From positions 62,001-126,000 of the forward strand of contig BCIN01000005.1 of assembly GCA_039545335.1 (NCBI GenBank): DNA of 64,000 bases. The letters are read 5' to 3'. The first letter of the stretch is position 1; each line of letters opens with the position of its first letter. The position numbers and the translations under genes are program-made. Origin of the DNA: Kondoa subrosea. Taxonomy: Eukaryota. Below are positions 35,701-48,800 of the stretch, piece after piece. The notes under the pieces were generated by a model. That model had not been told where the DNA came from. It was given only the letters and a program-made list of their open reading frames with translations, and searched no databases.

Positions 35701-38231
35701 AAGTTTCTGCGCTCCATTCACTGCCTAGTCCGAAATCACCTGGCGCGGGAGTAATCGAGCAAGAGGATTGCTCTACATCCGCGGTAATATCAGATGTAGT
35801 GCAACAAGCAGATGAAGAAGCTATGGACTCCAGTCGAGGGGTTTTTCGAAGTCAGTCTCGTGCTCCTGTAGTAAGTATATGCTGAACAGATGTCCAGCTG
35901 CCTATGACTATCACAAATCGGCTGGTATCACTTTGGCGATACTCGGCAACCTCGTTGTCAGTCAAACTACAGCTGTCACCTCCATTCGCTCATGACGTTG
36001 CAGACGATTGCCAATTGGAGTCCCTACTACATTGGCTGGCAATTGTATTTCAGAGGATGGACTGGTTTTTCTTTAGCTGCGCAAGACAGCAACTTTGTTG
36101 CGTTTCTCCTTGGTCTGACTGCAATTGCTCTCTACTTCGTGTTCTTTTCAACCATTTGGTTTCTCATCTGGTGGCAGACCTTTATAATAGCCGCAGCAAG
36201 AAGCATACACATCAAGCAAACAAACGGCTTTTTCAACGCGTCTTTGCATAAACTTCAAGAACACTCCATCGGATTTCTTTTGAATCGCTTTCAAAGCGAT
36301 GTAATCGGCTTTGAACAGGAATATACTGATGCATGGTGTACACTCGAATATACCACTGCAGAACTTATACCTGTACGTCTTCTCTGAAGCGTCATGATAC
36401 TTTTCACTGATGGTTGCGTCAAGCAAATCTTGTGAGCTGCCAGACCAGCTGGTATCATCAGTGATTGACGATTATAGGTTGGTGGCTATCATCACACCTT
36501 ACTCCCTTATCGTTATTGGTATAACATGTTTATTCTGCGGTTTGGCGACACGATACTACGCCAAGACTTCGCAACAGTTGCGAGCTCTCCAATCCAGCTC
36601 CAAGACACCTTTGTATTCTGCTATCCAAGCTATCTCCGATCTCAATGGCCTGAGATGTGCTCGCGCATTCAACAAGCAGAACATATTACAAGCTAAAACT
36701 GTAGATGCGATTTCTGCTGCTCAGCGTCCATTTTGTGTGTTGGCATAGCTTACTTTGGTCATAATCTAAATCTACTCTCCAGATCTATTGCAGTGCGCCC
36801 GTCAATGGCTACTGGGTGTTTTCTCTTCTTTTCTCTCCCTTCTAGCGGTCTGCATTGTATGCGTGGCAGTCTCGCAAAGGGGATCATCAAACACCCTCTT
36901 GGCTTTGGCTCTTGTTCAGCTCACAAGTAGATCAAGTTCTAAACAGACGGACTGTTACTAAATACTTTTTGTCAGGTTTACCGTACATGTTCTCGCAGGT
37001 GTTCATGTCTTACACCGGTAGCTTGAATATGAATACGTTACATGTATCTCGCTAATTCAGCGCCCTGCAGATCTACAAATCCATAGCGTTTCGCTGCACC
37101 GGATCAATCACATTGCTACTCTCCCGCCAGAGGACACCATCCCAGCTTTGGAAGATAGCAGTAAAGATCGAGGTTGGCTGAAGGAAGGGGCACTCAGCTT
37201 TCGCAATGTTTCTATGCGCTATTATGAGGACGATAAAGCGCCCTTAGCTCTGCGCAACTTGAACTTCGATATCCGAGCTGGTGCTCGAGTTGGCATATGC
37301 GGTGTGAGTTGCATATCCCACGCTTTGGACTCAATTCATGTTCTGGAACGCTCTTAGCGCTCTGGCGCTGGAAAGAGCTCGACCTTGAATGCTATGCTGC
37401 GAATGCAAGATATAGCAGAAGGGCAAATCTTGAGTCAGTGATGTTTCTGTCTCTAGAACGCCCCTGACAGGCAATTTACAGTTGATGGTCGCGATATCAC
37501 TACCATCAATCGCTATGGACTTAGAGATGCCTTGACTATCATTCCGCAAGAACCCGTCCGTAGCGTTTTCCTCGAGTTGCGACCTCAGCTGACTCGTTGT
37601 ATCTACAGCTACTGCTCGAGATGAGCATTCGCAATAATCTAGATCCTTCAGCGGAGAAGAGCGATGCAGAAATTTGGTCTGCCTTGGACAAGACTCATTG
37701 CAAATATCTTATCGAGTCTCTGGAGAATAAGGCGAGTCTCAGCGCCTTCACAGGACACAGGAGAATGTTTGCCAAGACTTTACTTATAGCTGGATCATGT
37801 AGTATCTTCGAATGGTGGGGCTTTTTCTAGAGGACAACGCCAACTGCTCGCTTTGGCTCGAGCATTACGTGGGTGCCAACCTAGCATTCGTATTGGCTTG
37901 GCTGAATTTCTGGTAGTTCGCAACAGGAAAATTCTATGCTTGGACGAAGCCTCTGCCAGTTTGGATAGCGACAGCGATCACAATATGCAAATTGCTTTAC
38001 GGACAGCGTTTAAAGACACTACAATCATTGTTGTCGCTCATCGCATAGCGTAAGCTCTCTTTGTAACTTGACTCTAGTATCCCATCTGATCTCACCTTAT
38101 ATAGGACGATCATTGATTCGGACCAGATTCTGGTACTGGATTCAGGGGAACTTGTCGAATCAGGTCCACCTCAAGAGCTTTTAGCAAGAGGTGGTCGCTT
38201 TGCGGAATTAGCGGGTCACTTTGAGGAGTGA
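32726..38231 (+). CDS. ABCC/MRP-type full-size ABC transporter (TMD0-TMD1-NBD1-TMD2-NBD2), many introns
   Basis: N-terminal TM bundle; GPVASGKSS, CSGGQKQRI, LFDDVLSALD; GRSGAGKSS, IIPQEP, FSRGQRQL, LCLDEASASLD, VAHRI; TGA 38229-38231. Confidence 0.93.
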
Positions 38232-38345
38232 AAAGAAAATGAGGAGTGAAGAGAAAATGCAATGTTATATGAGAGAGGGCATAAACTGTAATGATATAAT
38301 ACATGCACTTGTTTCATTCGAGACCAGCTCTGTCTTTTCCTTTCA

Positions 38346-39612
38346 TCATAGATCCTCGTCATCATCATCTTCTTGTCTTGTCGCGAATAGATTGACTGGA
38401 CCACGTCTCATTTCCCCAAAAACTCGTTTGTTTGAAATAGCTCTGACGGACGGCTTTGGTCGAATGATCAACGTGGAAATGTCTTTCTCTCGCTCAATAA
38501 GCATCTGAGCGATTCTGTCCTCCGAAGATGCTACAGGTCAAAGGGACTGAGCATGAGCCGACTAAACATGGACAAGAGAAAGCTTACAAGATTGAACAGA
38601 AGTAGCTGTAGATGTACCAACTTCCCCGTCTTCGCCGGAATTAGAGCACGGCGACAAAGACGAACTTTTGTCTTGTTCCTCTTGTATCGCGATTCCATCC
38701 TCCTTTTCGTTCTCTTTACTCAGCCCGATTCTCCACCACAAGCCTACATATTCACCAGGTAGATCCACTGCAGCTTCATCATGATTTTGCCAGCTACAAG
38801 CTAGCAGCTTGTTCGGGTGAATAGGAAGTCGGAATTCTTCCTTCTCTGGTATAGTAAACCGATTTTCAGGGAAAGTTAGATTCATCTCCAAAGCAATAGC
38901 TCTCAAGTAATCGAAATCATCATCTTCTTTTTCTCCTCCTTCGGACGGTGAATCCAACAAAGTCAAGTTGAGAGGAGATTGGGATTCTGGTTCGGGTGTG
39001 ATGTTTTCTGCCAATTCAGATACTTGAGTAAGGGAAAGACTTGTTGTTGGTCGGTTGTCTTCTGCTTCTCCTTCTGAAGAGACTTCCATGTCACTACCAT
39101 CCAAATTCTCTTCGATGTCAGGTTGGGCTGGTTTAGCAAAAGGAGAGTAATACGGATTCTGCGAAGACATAAGAGTAGAAGTAGGTACCATACGATAGGC
39201 TTCTTCTTCACTCTTGCGTCTAGCAATGTACTTGCGGCCTAGGAAGAGGGTGCGAGGAGATCTAGGCGTGTCAAAGATCTTTTGCGAAACAAGGGATTGC
39301 ATTCGCTTGACTGTCGCATTAAGAACCTGGTCAGCTAGAAGCTAGCGTACATTGAGATTGAGACAGACCTGACGAACCATCTACGCGCTGCATCTTGGCT
39401 GGTCTTTCGCTCATCTCTGCTTCAGCACGCTGCAGTCTTGGCGATTCTTCTGCAATTGGAGCAACGCCAGGGCCCGTGTAATGAGGAGCGAAAGAGAAAG
39501 AGATAGGTTCTCTGTTGGCTGGAGCTCGTCTGGCTGCAGAAGACTTGTTGTGCGAATTGAGCGAAGGTAGAGTTCTGCCTCTATAAGCAGTATATCTCAG
39601 CATGGAGCCCAA
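38346..39612 (-). CDS. Hypothetical low-complexity acidic protein
   Basis: ORFs 39331-39612 and 38562-39302 joined in frame by a GTACGC..GACAG intron; probable final exon ending QEDDDDEDL*. Confidence 0.6.
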
Positions 39613-39987
39613 AGACAGATCAGAGACTCAAGAGCTCACTGAGCTGCTTTCTTAGCGCGCTGCTTCCTCAATCTGAGTGCAGATGAGAGTGTTCAAAATT
39701 TATCATTACAACGCGGAGAGGGAGCTCTTACCGCGTAAGGTTAGATAGCTGGTTGTGTCCATGACCGGTCATAGACTGGACACGAGATGCATCAGGCCAA
39801 GGTAGGCAAGGGTCTCGGTGAAGAGTCAAGCTCGATATTGACGAAATTATGTAAAGTATCGGTGACAGTAATGCTCTTCAAACTTATCCCTGAATATCAA
39901 CAGACGTAGCGTGCAGACAAAGAGAGTCCGTCAAACCCCAACAGATCTATGAAATTGGTTTGCTATACTTGTCTCGAGGTACATCAA

Positions 39988-41534
39988 TCAATGGCCAGCC
40001 TTTTCCAACTTCTCCTTGAGCATTCCACGGAGTTCAACAGCATCAGCAGCGAACTGTACTCGCAAATGTCATTTTCCAAGTCTTACAGCACTATAACATT
40101 ACATACCTTCTTAATACCTTCATGAAGCTTGTCGAAAGCCATTTGATCTTGAAGCAATTCCCAACGGAATTTGGGTTCATCGTCGACGAAGCTGACTTTC
40201 TCCATAGGTTGAGCTTTACCAGACTTCTCAACAGATAATTCTGGCATAATATTGTCAGCCTATATCCATTTCATCCAAGCTCGAGAGGCGACACTCACTC
40301 TGTTCTAGAGATTTGTTGCTGTTCTTGAGCTCTTCAAGCAAGTTTGGTGAGATGGTGAGGAAATCAATACCGCAAAGCTCTTCAATTTCAGAAACATTGC
40401 GGAAAGAAGCACCCATAACAATAGTATCGTATTTGTGTTGCTTGTAGTAGCTGTCAAGCAAACATCGATGGAATGAGAATCACTCAAAGCTCCCGATGTC
40501 TCACTGACTTGTAAATCTTTTGTACGGATTGTACACCTGGGTCATTGGCGCCGTCGAATTTGCCATTGGGCTCGTTCTTCTTGTGCCAATCAAGAATACG
40601 GCCTGTACGCCATATGGTTCGAAGTCATCAGCCGAAGCTGCGACCATCCAAATACTACGCACCAACGAAAGGTGAGATAAGGGTGACCTTAGCTTCAGCG
40701 CAAGCAACAGCTTGACCGAAACCGAAGAGTAGAGTCAAGTTGCAGTGAATGCCATGCTCTTTTTCGAGAACTCGAGCGGCTTGAATACCTTCCCAAGTAG
40801 AGGCAATCTTGATAAGCACACGTTCCTTTTCAATTCCCTTGTTCTTATATAGACGAATGAGTTCAAGGGCTTTATCAATGGTAGCCTTTGTATCGAAGGA
40901 AAGACGGGCATCAACTTCAGTTGAGACACGACCAGGGATCAATTTGAGGATTTCAGTACCGAATTCGATCAGCTATCAGCGTGCATACTGCAATTAGCTT
41001 CGTATAGATGCTGAAGAAGCAGAAACACTGACGAGACCATCAATGGTAGATTCCACCTTCTCATCAATGTTGCTGCCTAGATTAGTGCCATGCGCGACAG
41101 CATTGTCTACGAGTCGAGCGTAGTTGGGCTTCTTGACAGCGGCCAGGATAAGAGAGCTGTTCGTACGTTGTCAGCTGGACTTGATTGTCTCGAGCAGAAG
41201 CAAAACGAACGGGTTCTGAACGTGCGACAGAATCAGCGAGCAAGAGGCCACAGATGTAAGAGAACACTTACGGTGGTGGCATCTTGAGGATTGTATTGTC
41301 TGTCTGGACATCAGCTGTGCCAGCGAAGCTGCAGCAGTCCGAAGCTTACGCAATAGATTCGACTAAAAATGAAATGTCAGCGTTTCATCATGCTAGCGAG
41401 TGTGATCAGCAGCTCACAGTCACCAGAGTCGGAGACGACTGTTCGAAGAGTACTTAGCTAGCGTTCAGGAGTACAGCAGGAAGCTTGGACTAACCTGTTG
41501 TATATTTCTTGAGGGATTCGAGGGAGTTGCTCAT
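39988..41534 (-). CDS. TAL1: Transaldolase
   Basis: [90 protein letters not shown]. Confidence 0.98.
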
Positions 41535-41971
41535 GTTTGATACTGCAGAAGCCTTGCTTAGGCTTATATAGACGTATTACCAGAGCTAGTAGCTCACTTT
41601 GTTCGAGGATATGACCGTCGAAGTGATACGGGCTGACTCGTTCGTCGAAATGACAGCTCCGTGGCACTAGCGCAAATAGGCAAGACCGGTTTCGCTCACT
41701 TCAAAAGACTACACGCTGTGTACAAGCTAAGAATGATCATGGAGGATGGAGCTATAAATCCATACTCATCCGCTGTCAATGCGTCATTCAAGTTCAAAAC
41801 TTCTCACACCTCATTAACACCGACTTCTTCAAGGGAAGGCAGATAGGAGATAGATAGATTCAATAATTCCCAAAAGATCATGATAAGATGATTGGCCAAG
41901 ACGCTCCTTGAATTGGGAATGTAATTGTCAATGTTGTTTCTCTTGCCTCCTTCTTGCCTCATTTCACCTCT

Positions 41972-43376
41972 TCATTGGAATATCGGGCCCAAAACAGGTA
42001 TGATTGCGTATCTGTTATTCTCAGGGTCCATACGAGCGAAAGCGTAACCGCTATTCAACCAATATCAAAACTTGTTCGACAACAAAGACTGATGAGCTTA
42101 CTAGTATGGAGTACTGAGCGTCAAGAATCCAATAACCCACACATAACCAATCAACTTGTGCCATAGCTTGATCTGGTTGCCAAAGAACTTGCGATAGAGT
42201 GCTTCGATAGTGTCCTCGAACATGACACCAAATGCTTGCATACAGAAGAAAGTGATGGCTCCCAGTGCTTCATGAGCTGGCATACCCATTGCAAGAGAGA
42301 GCCAGTAGTGATAGAAACCGCTTTGCGCGAAAATGAGGAAAAGGTTCAGATAGCGAGCGACAAAGCTTTTGCGCGGGATGCGGAGAATCGAATGGGTGAG
42401 GAATTCTGCATGCACTGTGAAAGGCTGTCGAACCATTTGATGCCAGAATACGCTCCAAAATCCTGCTCTATATGTCAGTCTGACATGTCGCAAAGCAGAC
42501 AAGCGGACCTACTTCGAACAGAGAAGGCGGTCAAAGGAGATTTGAACAGTTTGCGATCATTGGCTGGATCGAAATAGCCAAAGACAATACCGATGATGCG
42601 CACGAAATTGTGTGACGCATGTATTGCTACATAGGCGAGAAGCCACATCGCTACGAGAAGAGGAGATGAGTGCTCGTCGAATAATAAAAGGGTATGCGTA
42701 CCCATACTGAAACCCATCCTGAAAATCCAATCAAAGCAATTCATGCTGATGGATGGATTTACCATTTCAGGCGCAGTATTCCGAAGGATTTCCTGCCGGT
42801 CCGTGCTTGCATGTTGAATGTCATTCAGTTCCAGTAGGAGATATAGAAGCGAGAACAACGAGGCGTATTTGAAGAGCGCCGTCGCTTTGGACGGAGTCGA
42901 GCTATACGGAAGCATGTCTTTGACTTCCCACGGCCGACCAACTGATCGATTGTCCGTCATACTGCAAACCGAGTATAGGTCAGAATTGACGGCAACTGCA
43001 TGCGAGGTAGACTAACTATCGACATGCATCTCGCCAGTCTTTCGGTTCAAAGGAGCGGAAGGCAAACATCTCGCTTGCATGGAAAAGGGCCAGAAGTTAG
43101 ACTGCACATCAGATGTGTTGAATCAAGCTCAAGCAAAGTCGAGCGTACTGGCGTGTTTCCCATGATGAATGGAGTCCAGCCTTTGAAGACTGGTATATCT
43201 CTTTCTATGGCACCTGAGCGTATGAGCTGGGCAATGATAGCACCAGTAGAGGCGAGCATGCATAAACGAATGCCAGTATCTCGTACGCCATACGCCCCAT
43301 GTATGGTAGTCAGCAGAGTCAGACCAACGCTCCATAGTACAGGCGATGTGAAGATGAACTGGATCGTGCTGGACAT
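41972..43376 (-). CDS. Membrane-bound O-acyltransferase (MBOAT_2 / wax synthase / Tri7-like)
   Basis: RSVGRPWEVK, LFKSPLTAFSVR-GFWSVFWHQMVRQ, FAQSGFYH (catalytic His region), FFCMQAFGVMFED, KLIGYVWV; start inferred. Confidence 0.85.
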
Positions 43377-43841
43377 TGTACTTGCTGTGATGGTCATAAG
43401 TAAGAGCAAACAAGGCGAGAGAGCGAGAGCGAGAAGGGAGCGCTAACGAAACGCCAGAATCGGGCAGAAGCATCGGTCAGAACTGTTCTTCTTCACAGCC
43501 ATGCAGCCAAGCGAAAGGAGAAAGCAAGCAGAGTGTCGACCGTTCTCCAGTTACGCCGCCGACGACAGGCTCATTGAAGTAGTGATACGATGCAAATGAG
43601 ACAAGCTGGGCATCAAGTTCGAGCGATACCGTATCATTGACGAAAGTTAAACCAGTTCGCCAGCATGTATGGCGGCAAGTAACTAGAGCAGAGTGGTGCA
43701 AGAGGCTCCAACATCGCGGCAGAATGTCTGCGAGCTTCTTCATCGTTCCTCGTTAACCGTTCAATTCTCGAAAGTCGAAGTTCGGGCTCGAGTGTTCTCT
43801 TTCTCTTGTGTCCTCTGCTCTATCATTTTGTACTACACACT

Positions 43842-44323
43842 ATGCGTTCGACTGCTGTCTTGTTTCTGGCTTTCACTTTGTCTGTCCCAGCGAATTGTGC
43901 TGCAGAGCCGAATGACTTCATGTTCATGGATGGTATTAATAAGCAATGCGCGACTATAAATCTAGCTCCCATACCTGTCCCTTACACGTCTGCGTTGCCC
44001 AAGAGGCATTTTCTGCGAAGTCCATCATGTGGCTGGAGCGTTATATCAGCACCAATTGTGTATCAGCTACGGAACGCCCGGATTCCCTCTTCCTGACAGC
44101 CTGGCTGGGCAGAATTATCTCAGAGCAAAGAGCAGTAGCTGAAGTGGACAGCCTGATGTATGGGAACAGAAGAAACACGGCAAACAAGAGCGCAGCTGAT
44201 CCAGAATGCTTCTACGTAACGGAGGAGCTGGAGAATACAGCAGACCTGTCCGGACATAAACTGGTCGAACCTCTAGAGCGGGAAGCAGGACCAAGTAGAT
44301 ATGACATAGAGACAACGCGATAG
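43842..44323 (+). CDS. Possible small secreted orphan protein
   Basis: Signal-peptide-like MRSTAVLFLAFTLSVPANCA; may join ORF 43946-44323 through a weak intron (~43933-44003). Confidence 0.4.
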
Positions 44324-44551
44324 ATCAGAGCAAGAAGCAGGATCAAAGAAAGACGTAGAAAGGGAACAAAAAAGGGCGAAGGAGTTCAGCTAGATCACCC
44401 GCAACTGGGGACCAGCCCTGAAAGTTACTGTTACGAAGATATATAATCACAAACGGAAGCATTGATTGTGTAACTACTTTTCGAATCCTCAGTCCCCGAG
44501 TAAACAGTTGTAGGTTAGACTCACGAAGCTGCGACGCAAAAAATGCACCAT

Positions 44552-45853
44552 TTACCAACCCATTACCAACCGGATTCTGTCTTCCATACTTCTGGTTCTC
44601 TGAAATTCTTCCCACACAAAACCCTCCCTTACTAAAGCATATCCAAAGATTCCACTGGCGTGAAAGAGCATCGCAGCCCAAATCTCTTCTCTGCTTGGCC
44701 AGTAGTAAGGTGGAATATCTTCGCTGGAATGAATTCGGTTGAATCTCGTTGGTAATAAAGCCAACGGGATACCGGAATCAACGTAAATTTCTGGAGGCGG
44801 GCCATTCGGGTAGATATCACTGTAGACTGGCGGCCGCTGTGGACATGGACTGCGAATTGATGTTGCAGCTGTTCGAGCTGCAGGTGAATCATCTTGAGCC
44901 GTCTCTAGTGCCTCGCTTGCATCGGAACTAGCCAACGCTTGGTGTGTAGCGAAGCTGTCTGGATCAGGAAAAGCGCCTGAACCTAAAAAGTAGGTTTAAG
45001 GTTTAGCAAGAGACATAATGCATAATCACAACTCACCAGCCAAATACTCCTCTTCGGAAAGCTTGCCAACAAGCCAGTACTCCTGGATGCTCAAATGAAG
45101 CCAAAGGAAGAAAAGATCCACGAAAGTAATCAGGTGGATTATCCCGAATTGAATGGGTTGTGTTGTTCCAGATCGGCGCAAGCGACGATGAGTACTTAGT
45201 GTACTTTGTTTTTCATGTAGTGTGGCTGTGAACTGACGCGAGTGCCCGTCGAAATGATTCAAATCCAATCTAGGAGATGGAAGAGATCTTGCTAGAGTAG
45301 CTGGAGCTGTTGCTGGCTGATTTACTTCAATTAATTCGATTTGCGGGACAGACGAAAGAGGGGGAAACAAGAGATTGCGGTCCAAAGCTGGTGACGAGGA
45401 ATTATTGTGCTGCAGATAGTCTTTGTCGCCGCAAGGCAGCTCGTCTCTGAGAAGTGTTTCACCAATGGTACTTGTTTCATGATATGAGCCCACATCAGCA
45501 ATGCAAGAGTAGGTGTCTCGATCACTCGAGTTCATTTGCTCTAGTTGAGCTTGCCAGTATTGCCGCGTAAGTCTTTCGTATGAATTTTTCAGTTCAGGCT
45601 GGTGACGCGCGAATTTCCATCTAAATCGAGGCCATCGGAAGGAGCTCCGCTTGGAGTAGATCGATCGCGTAGTGGTGAAAGAACGAGAAGAGGAAGATGA
45701 AGATTCATGTGTCAGAGCTTGAGAAGCATTTGAGCTGACAGAAGCTGAGATTGAAGGCATGGAATGAGCAACAAGCTCCTCGGCATTGCGACATGAGACA
45801 GACTTACAATTCGTGTTAGTCTGTGTAGAGAATGCGCGTGACGGAACAGACAT
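44552..45853 (-). CDS. Hypothetical protein with one predicted TM segment
   Basis: 275-aa ORF followed by a GTGAGT..TAG intron and a 127-aa ORF (PPVY, PPYY motifs). Confidence 0.55.
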
Positions 45854-45931
45854 CGCTGTGGATAAGGATTGGACCCGCTTGATTTGTGTAAGTTATGCGA
45901 TTGTTGGGGGCGGAAGGGAAGTCGAGGGTTG

Positions 45932-45958
45932 GAAGAAGAAGAAGAAGAAGAAGAAGAA
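45932..45958. repeat. (GAA)9 microsatellite
   Basis: Run gaagaagaa... just upstream of the 45853 ORF. Confidence 0.95.
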
Positions 45959-46636
45959 AGGAGAAATCTTATGTGTAGCATCGGCCCTAGCCGCTGGATC
46001 AGGAATGCATTTCTCACATCCAATAAAAAACAAAAACAAGATTTGGCATACTGGGTTCAATAGCAGAAGAGTTTACGGCAAGAAGATGACTGGAGCTAGC
46101 AGAGATAGGTGCAGCAAGACTGCCTCACATGTTTGGACGTCGGTGAAAGTCAAGGAAACAAGAAATATTGATGCTGCTGTTCGTAACTTACTGAGGACTC
46201 ACAAAGTAGTCTTAGTAAGTCCGAATAGGGATCGCGCGGGTTGCACATACATGAACACGTCTAAAGTCCTCTTTTCAAACAGAACGGAAACCTAACATAA
46301 GCATATCCTCTACGATGTATTCTTAATTAATCTATATAAATTCCTCTCACGGACAGCAACTTTCGCAATGTACGGAGCTGCAGAAGCGCTGTTGAGGAAC
46401 AGCGCTTAGAGCTGTTTGCGGAGCTGCACAGAAAGAGGACTTACGTGCTGCTGCTTAAGATTCAATGCGGTCGCCTCCATGAAATCACGCTCTGGCCCTA
46501 ATTGTAGAAGTGCTTTGAGATGGGGCAGAGCTGAATATGCTGTTGATGATATTCAAGTGAAATATCACTGCGAGATAGACAAAATGACAGATAGAATCGT
46601 ATCCGGCGGTTGCACAATAGGCGACAATAGCATGCA

Positions 46637-48169
46637 TTAGGTCTGAAAGTGGACGTGAGTAACAAGACAACGCAACGGCGTGAGGGACACACGTTCACAG
46701 TACAGAAAGATAGCTGTTGCCGGACCAGCCAAGAAAGACAACGGAAATCCAAAACCCAGAGCCATCAGCGTTAGCGTGAGCATAATCCACACGACGACGA
46801 TAAGGCGAAGATGAAACAGCTTGATCTCTTCCTCGGGCCGTTGCTCCATCTCAGCCGCAATTGCTGCCCGCTCTTCTCTCCTGAATGCCAAATTCGCGCG
46901 TTCGATGGAAAGTTGCTCTTGAACAGTGAAGCTTTCGGCCCGGATGGCCAGAAGCGCATTGTTGTCTTCCTCAAGTTCACTTTCGATGCGATCTATCTCT
47001 GATCGAAGCCGGCTGAAGTTGCTCTGACGCTCTTGCAAATCCATTTTCAATCCACCAATTCTTGTCTGAACTTCTGCTAAAGCTGCCCGAGTGAGTTCCT
47101 CAGCTTGATGCATGTCTGCAAAGCGTTTCCTTCTCTGTTCGGCGATATCGAGATCGCGATCATTCTTCCAATCCTCGTTTTCTAAAAATTCGATCTGTTG
47201 TTCTAAATTATGAATCTTCTCCATGTTATCCTTGTTGATCGAATTCATGATATCCAAGTCCATCTGCAAAACTTCACGACGCTTCAAATTCTTCTCCAAA
47301 TCATGGATGCGCTGTTCACGTTGTTGCAGTTCATCGATCAAACGAGAATTCTCGGATTGACTAGCTTGTAAGCGATCTTGCAGGCTTGGACCTGTGACTG
47401 CTGATACAGATCTTCTTAAAGGATTGATGACAGTAGTGGCAAAATTGCGAATAGGTGATTGAACCGGATTGTGTGCAGAAGTGACTGCTTTTGCAGTCTC
47501 GGAATCAGTAGTGGAAGGTAGAGCTTGACCAGTCGATCTAATATATGTAGCACCTTCAGGTGAAGCGAAACGAGGTACGGATGAAATGCCTTCTTCTGCT
47601 TGTTCAAACATTTGGGCCAAAGATTCGCGAAGAGATTGATGGACTGCATCGTTTGACGTTTGTTGAGGTGTAGTTGTAGCACTAGAGGCGTCCAGATGAT
47701 CAATGCCACAATTCAAAGGCCTTTTGGTTGGCGAAACAGGACCGAACACGTCCGCGCCATCCAAATTCTCATTCTTGATCTGTCTGTTGTGACCAGGATC
47801 GAGAATGATATCGCGGATCTTTGAAGGAGAAGATAGAACCGATTTACCGAGGCGACTTAAAGTTGTAGCGATACGAGAAGTCGTTGCTGGAGAACGAGAG
47901 GGAAGTTGTGGGACGTTCGCGCGCCATAGCTCGATATTTGTAGCCAGGTTGTCACCAGTGAGAATATTGCAAGGATCAGAATGGCGACGCGTTCTTCTTC
48001 GAGCTGGTTGAGGAGGATCGATACCTTGACGCTCTAGACGGATATTGTGCACTTCTTGCAAAAGCTGCATGAAGAAATTACCTCCATCGTATGGTGTATA
48101 AGGACGAAGGTGATAATTGGAGTAGTCACGATAATTGGAGTAGTCACGAAGCGTTCTAGGTCCTTGCAT
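46637..48169 (-). CDS. Hypothetical coiled-coil protein with C-terminal TM hairpin (510-aa uninterrupted ORF)
   Basis: Heptad-rich LQDRLQASQSENSRLIDELQQREQRIHDLEKNL.. followed by LIVVVWIMLTLTLMALGFGFPLSFLAGPATAIFLY. Confidence 0.75.
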   Translation of the reverse strand: MQGPRTLRDYSNYRDYSNYHLRPYTPYDGGNFFMQLLQEVHNIRLERQGIDPPQPARRRTRRHSDPCNILTGDNLATNIELWRANVPQLPSRSPATTSRIATTLSRLGKSVLSSPSKIRDIILDPGHNRQIKNENLDGADVFGPVSPTKRPLNCGIDHLDASSATTTPQQTSNDAVHQSLRESLAQMFEQAEEGISSVPRFASPEGATYIRSTGQALPSTTDSETAKAVTSAHNPVQSPIRNFATTVINPLRRSVSAVTGPSLQDRLQASQSENSRLIDELQQREQRIHDLEKNLKRREVLQMDLDIMNSINKDNMEKIHNLEQQIEFLENEDWKNDRDLDIAEQRRKRFADMHQAEELTRAALAEVQTRIGGLKMDLQERQSNFSRLRSEIDRIESELEEDNNALLAIRAESFTVQEQLSIERANLAFRREERAAIAAEMEQRPEEEIKLFHLRLIVVVWIMLTLTLMALGFGFPLSFLAGPATAIFLYCERVSLTPLRCLVTHVHFQT

Positions 48170-48800
48170 CTTGGTTTCGGATTAGAAGGTGGAGTATTGT
48201 GAGCTTGTAAGGTAATCAAAGTCTGTGCAATGGCTCGAGGCTGATGATGAGCAAGAAGAAGAAGCAAAATAGGCGAAATAAAGCGTGCATAAAGCGTCGA
48301 AGGGAATGGACACTTTCACCGGGTAGGAATATCGTCAAACCAATGCAAGACACGGCGTCTTGTCTCACGAAGGCCGAAGAGCAATCTGCGAAGCTCTGAA
48401 GAGGCGCAACCAGTGTATAGTAAGAACAGTTCAAGTCATTCTGAGTAATAGGCTTGACGTTGAAAGAGTTCATGTCGTCCGCAAGCTCGTACGCTAGGCT
48501 ACAGGCGATCTAGAGACTCGTCAGGACTAGGGTGACCGTCTGATGAAGTAGTAAAATCTAGGCCGATTGCAGCAGGTATATGGTAGTGCACAGCAAACCT
48601 GTGACTTGAAATTTGGAAACTCTTACGTAATCTTCAGGTCCAGAAGAATCACGAAATCGAAAAGCATTGAAGAGCTATGGAAGCTGTTTACAAGCATGAC
48701 AAGGTGTTTGCATTGTCTGTATCGCTTTCAAGAGTCTATGATTGATGAAATTTGAGGAAATGAAATGGAAGCTATTTACAAGCATACATGGCTTGGCCAA

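Noticed and set aside
38223..38258. Near-perfect 18-bp tandem repeat spanning the ABC transporter stop codon
   Set aside because: Only two copies, consistent with simple slippage, with no effect on the coding frame.
41543..41597. Possible 5' UTR intron of TAL1 (GTGAGC..CTGCAG)
   Set aside because: It also contains TATATAA and may be promoter sequence; this cannot be resolved without transcripts.
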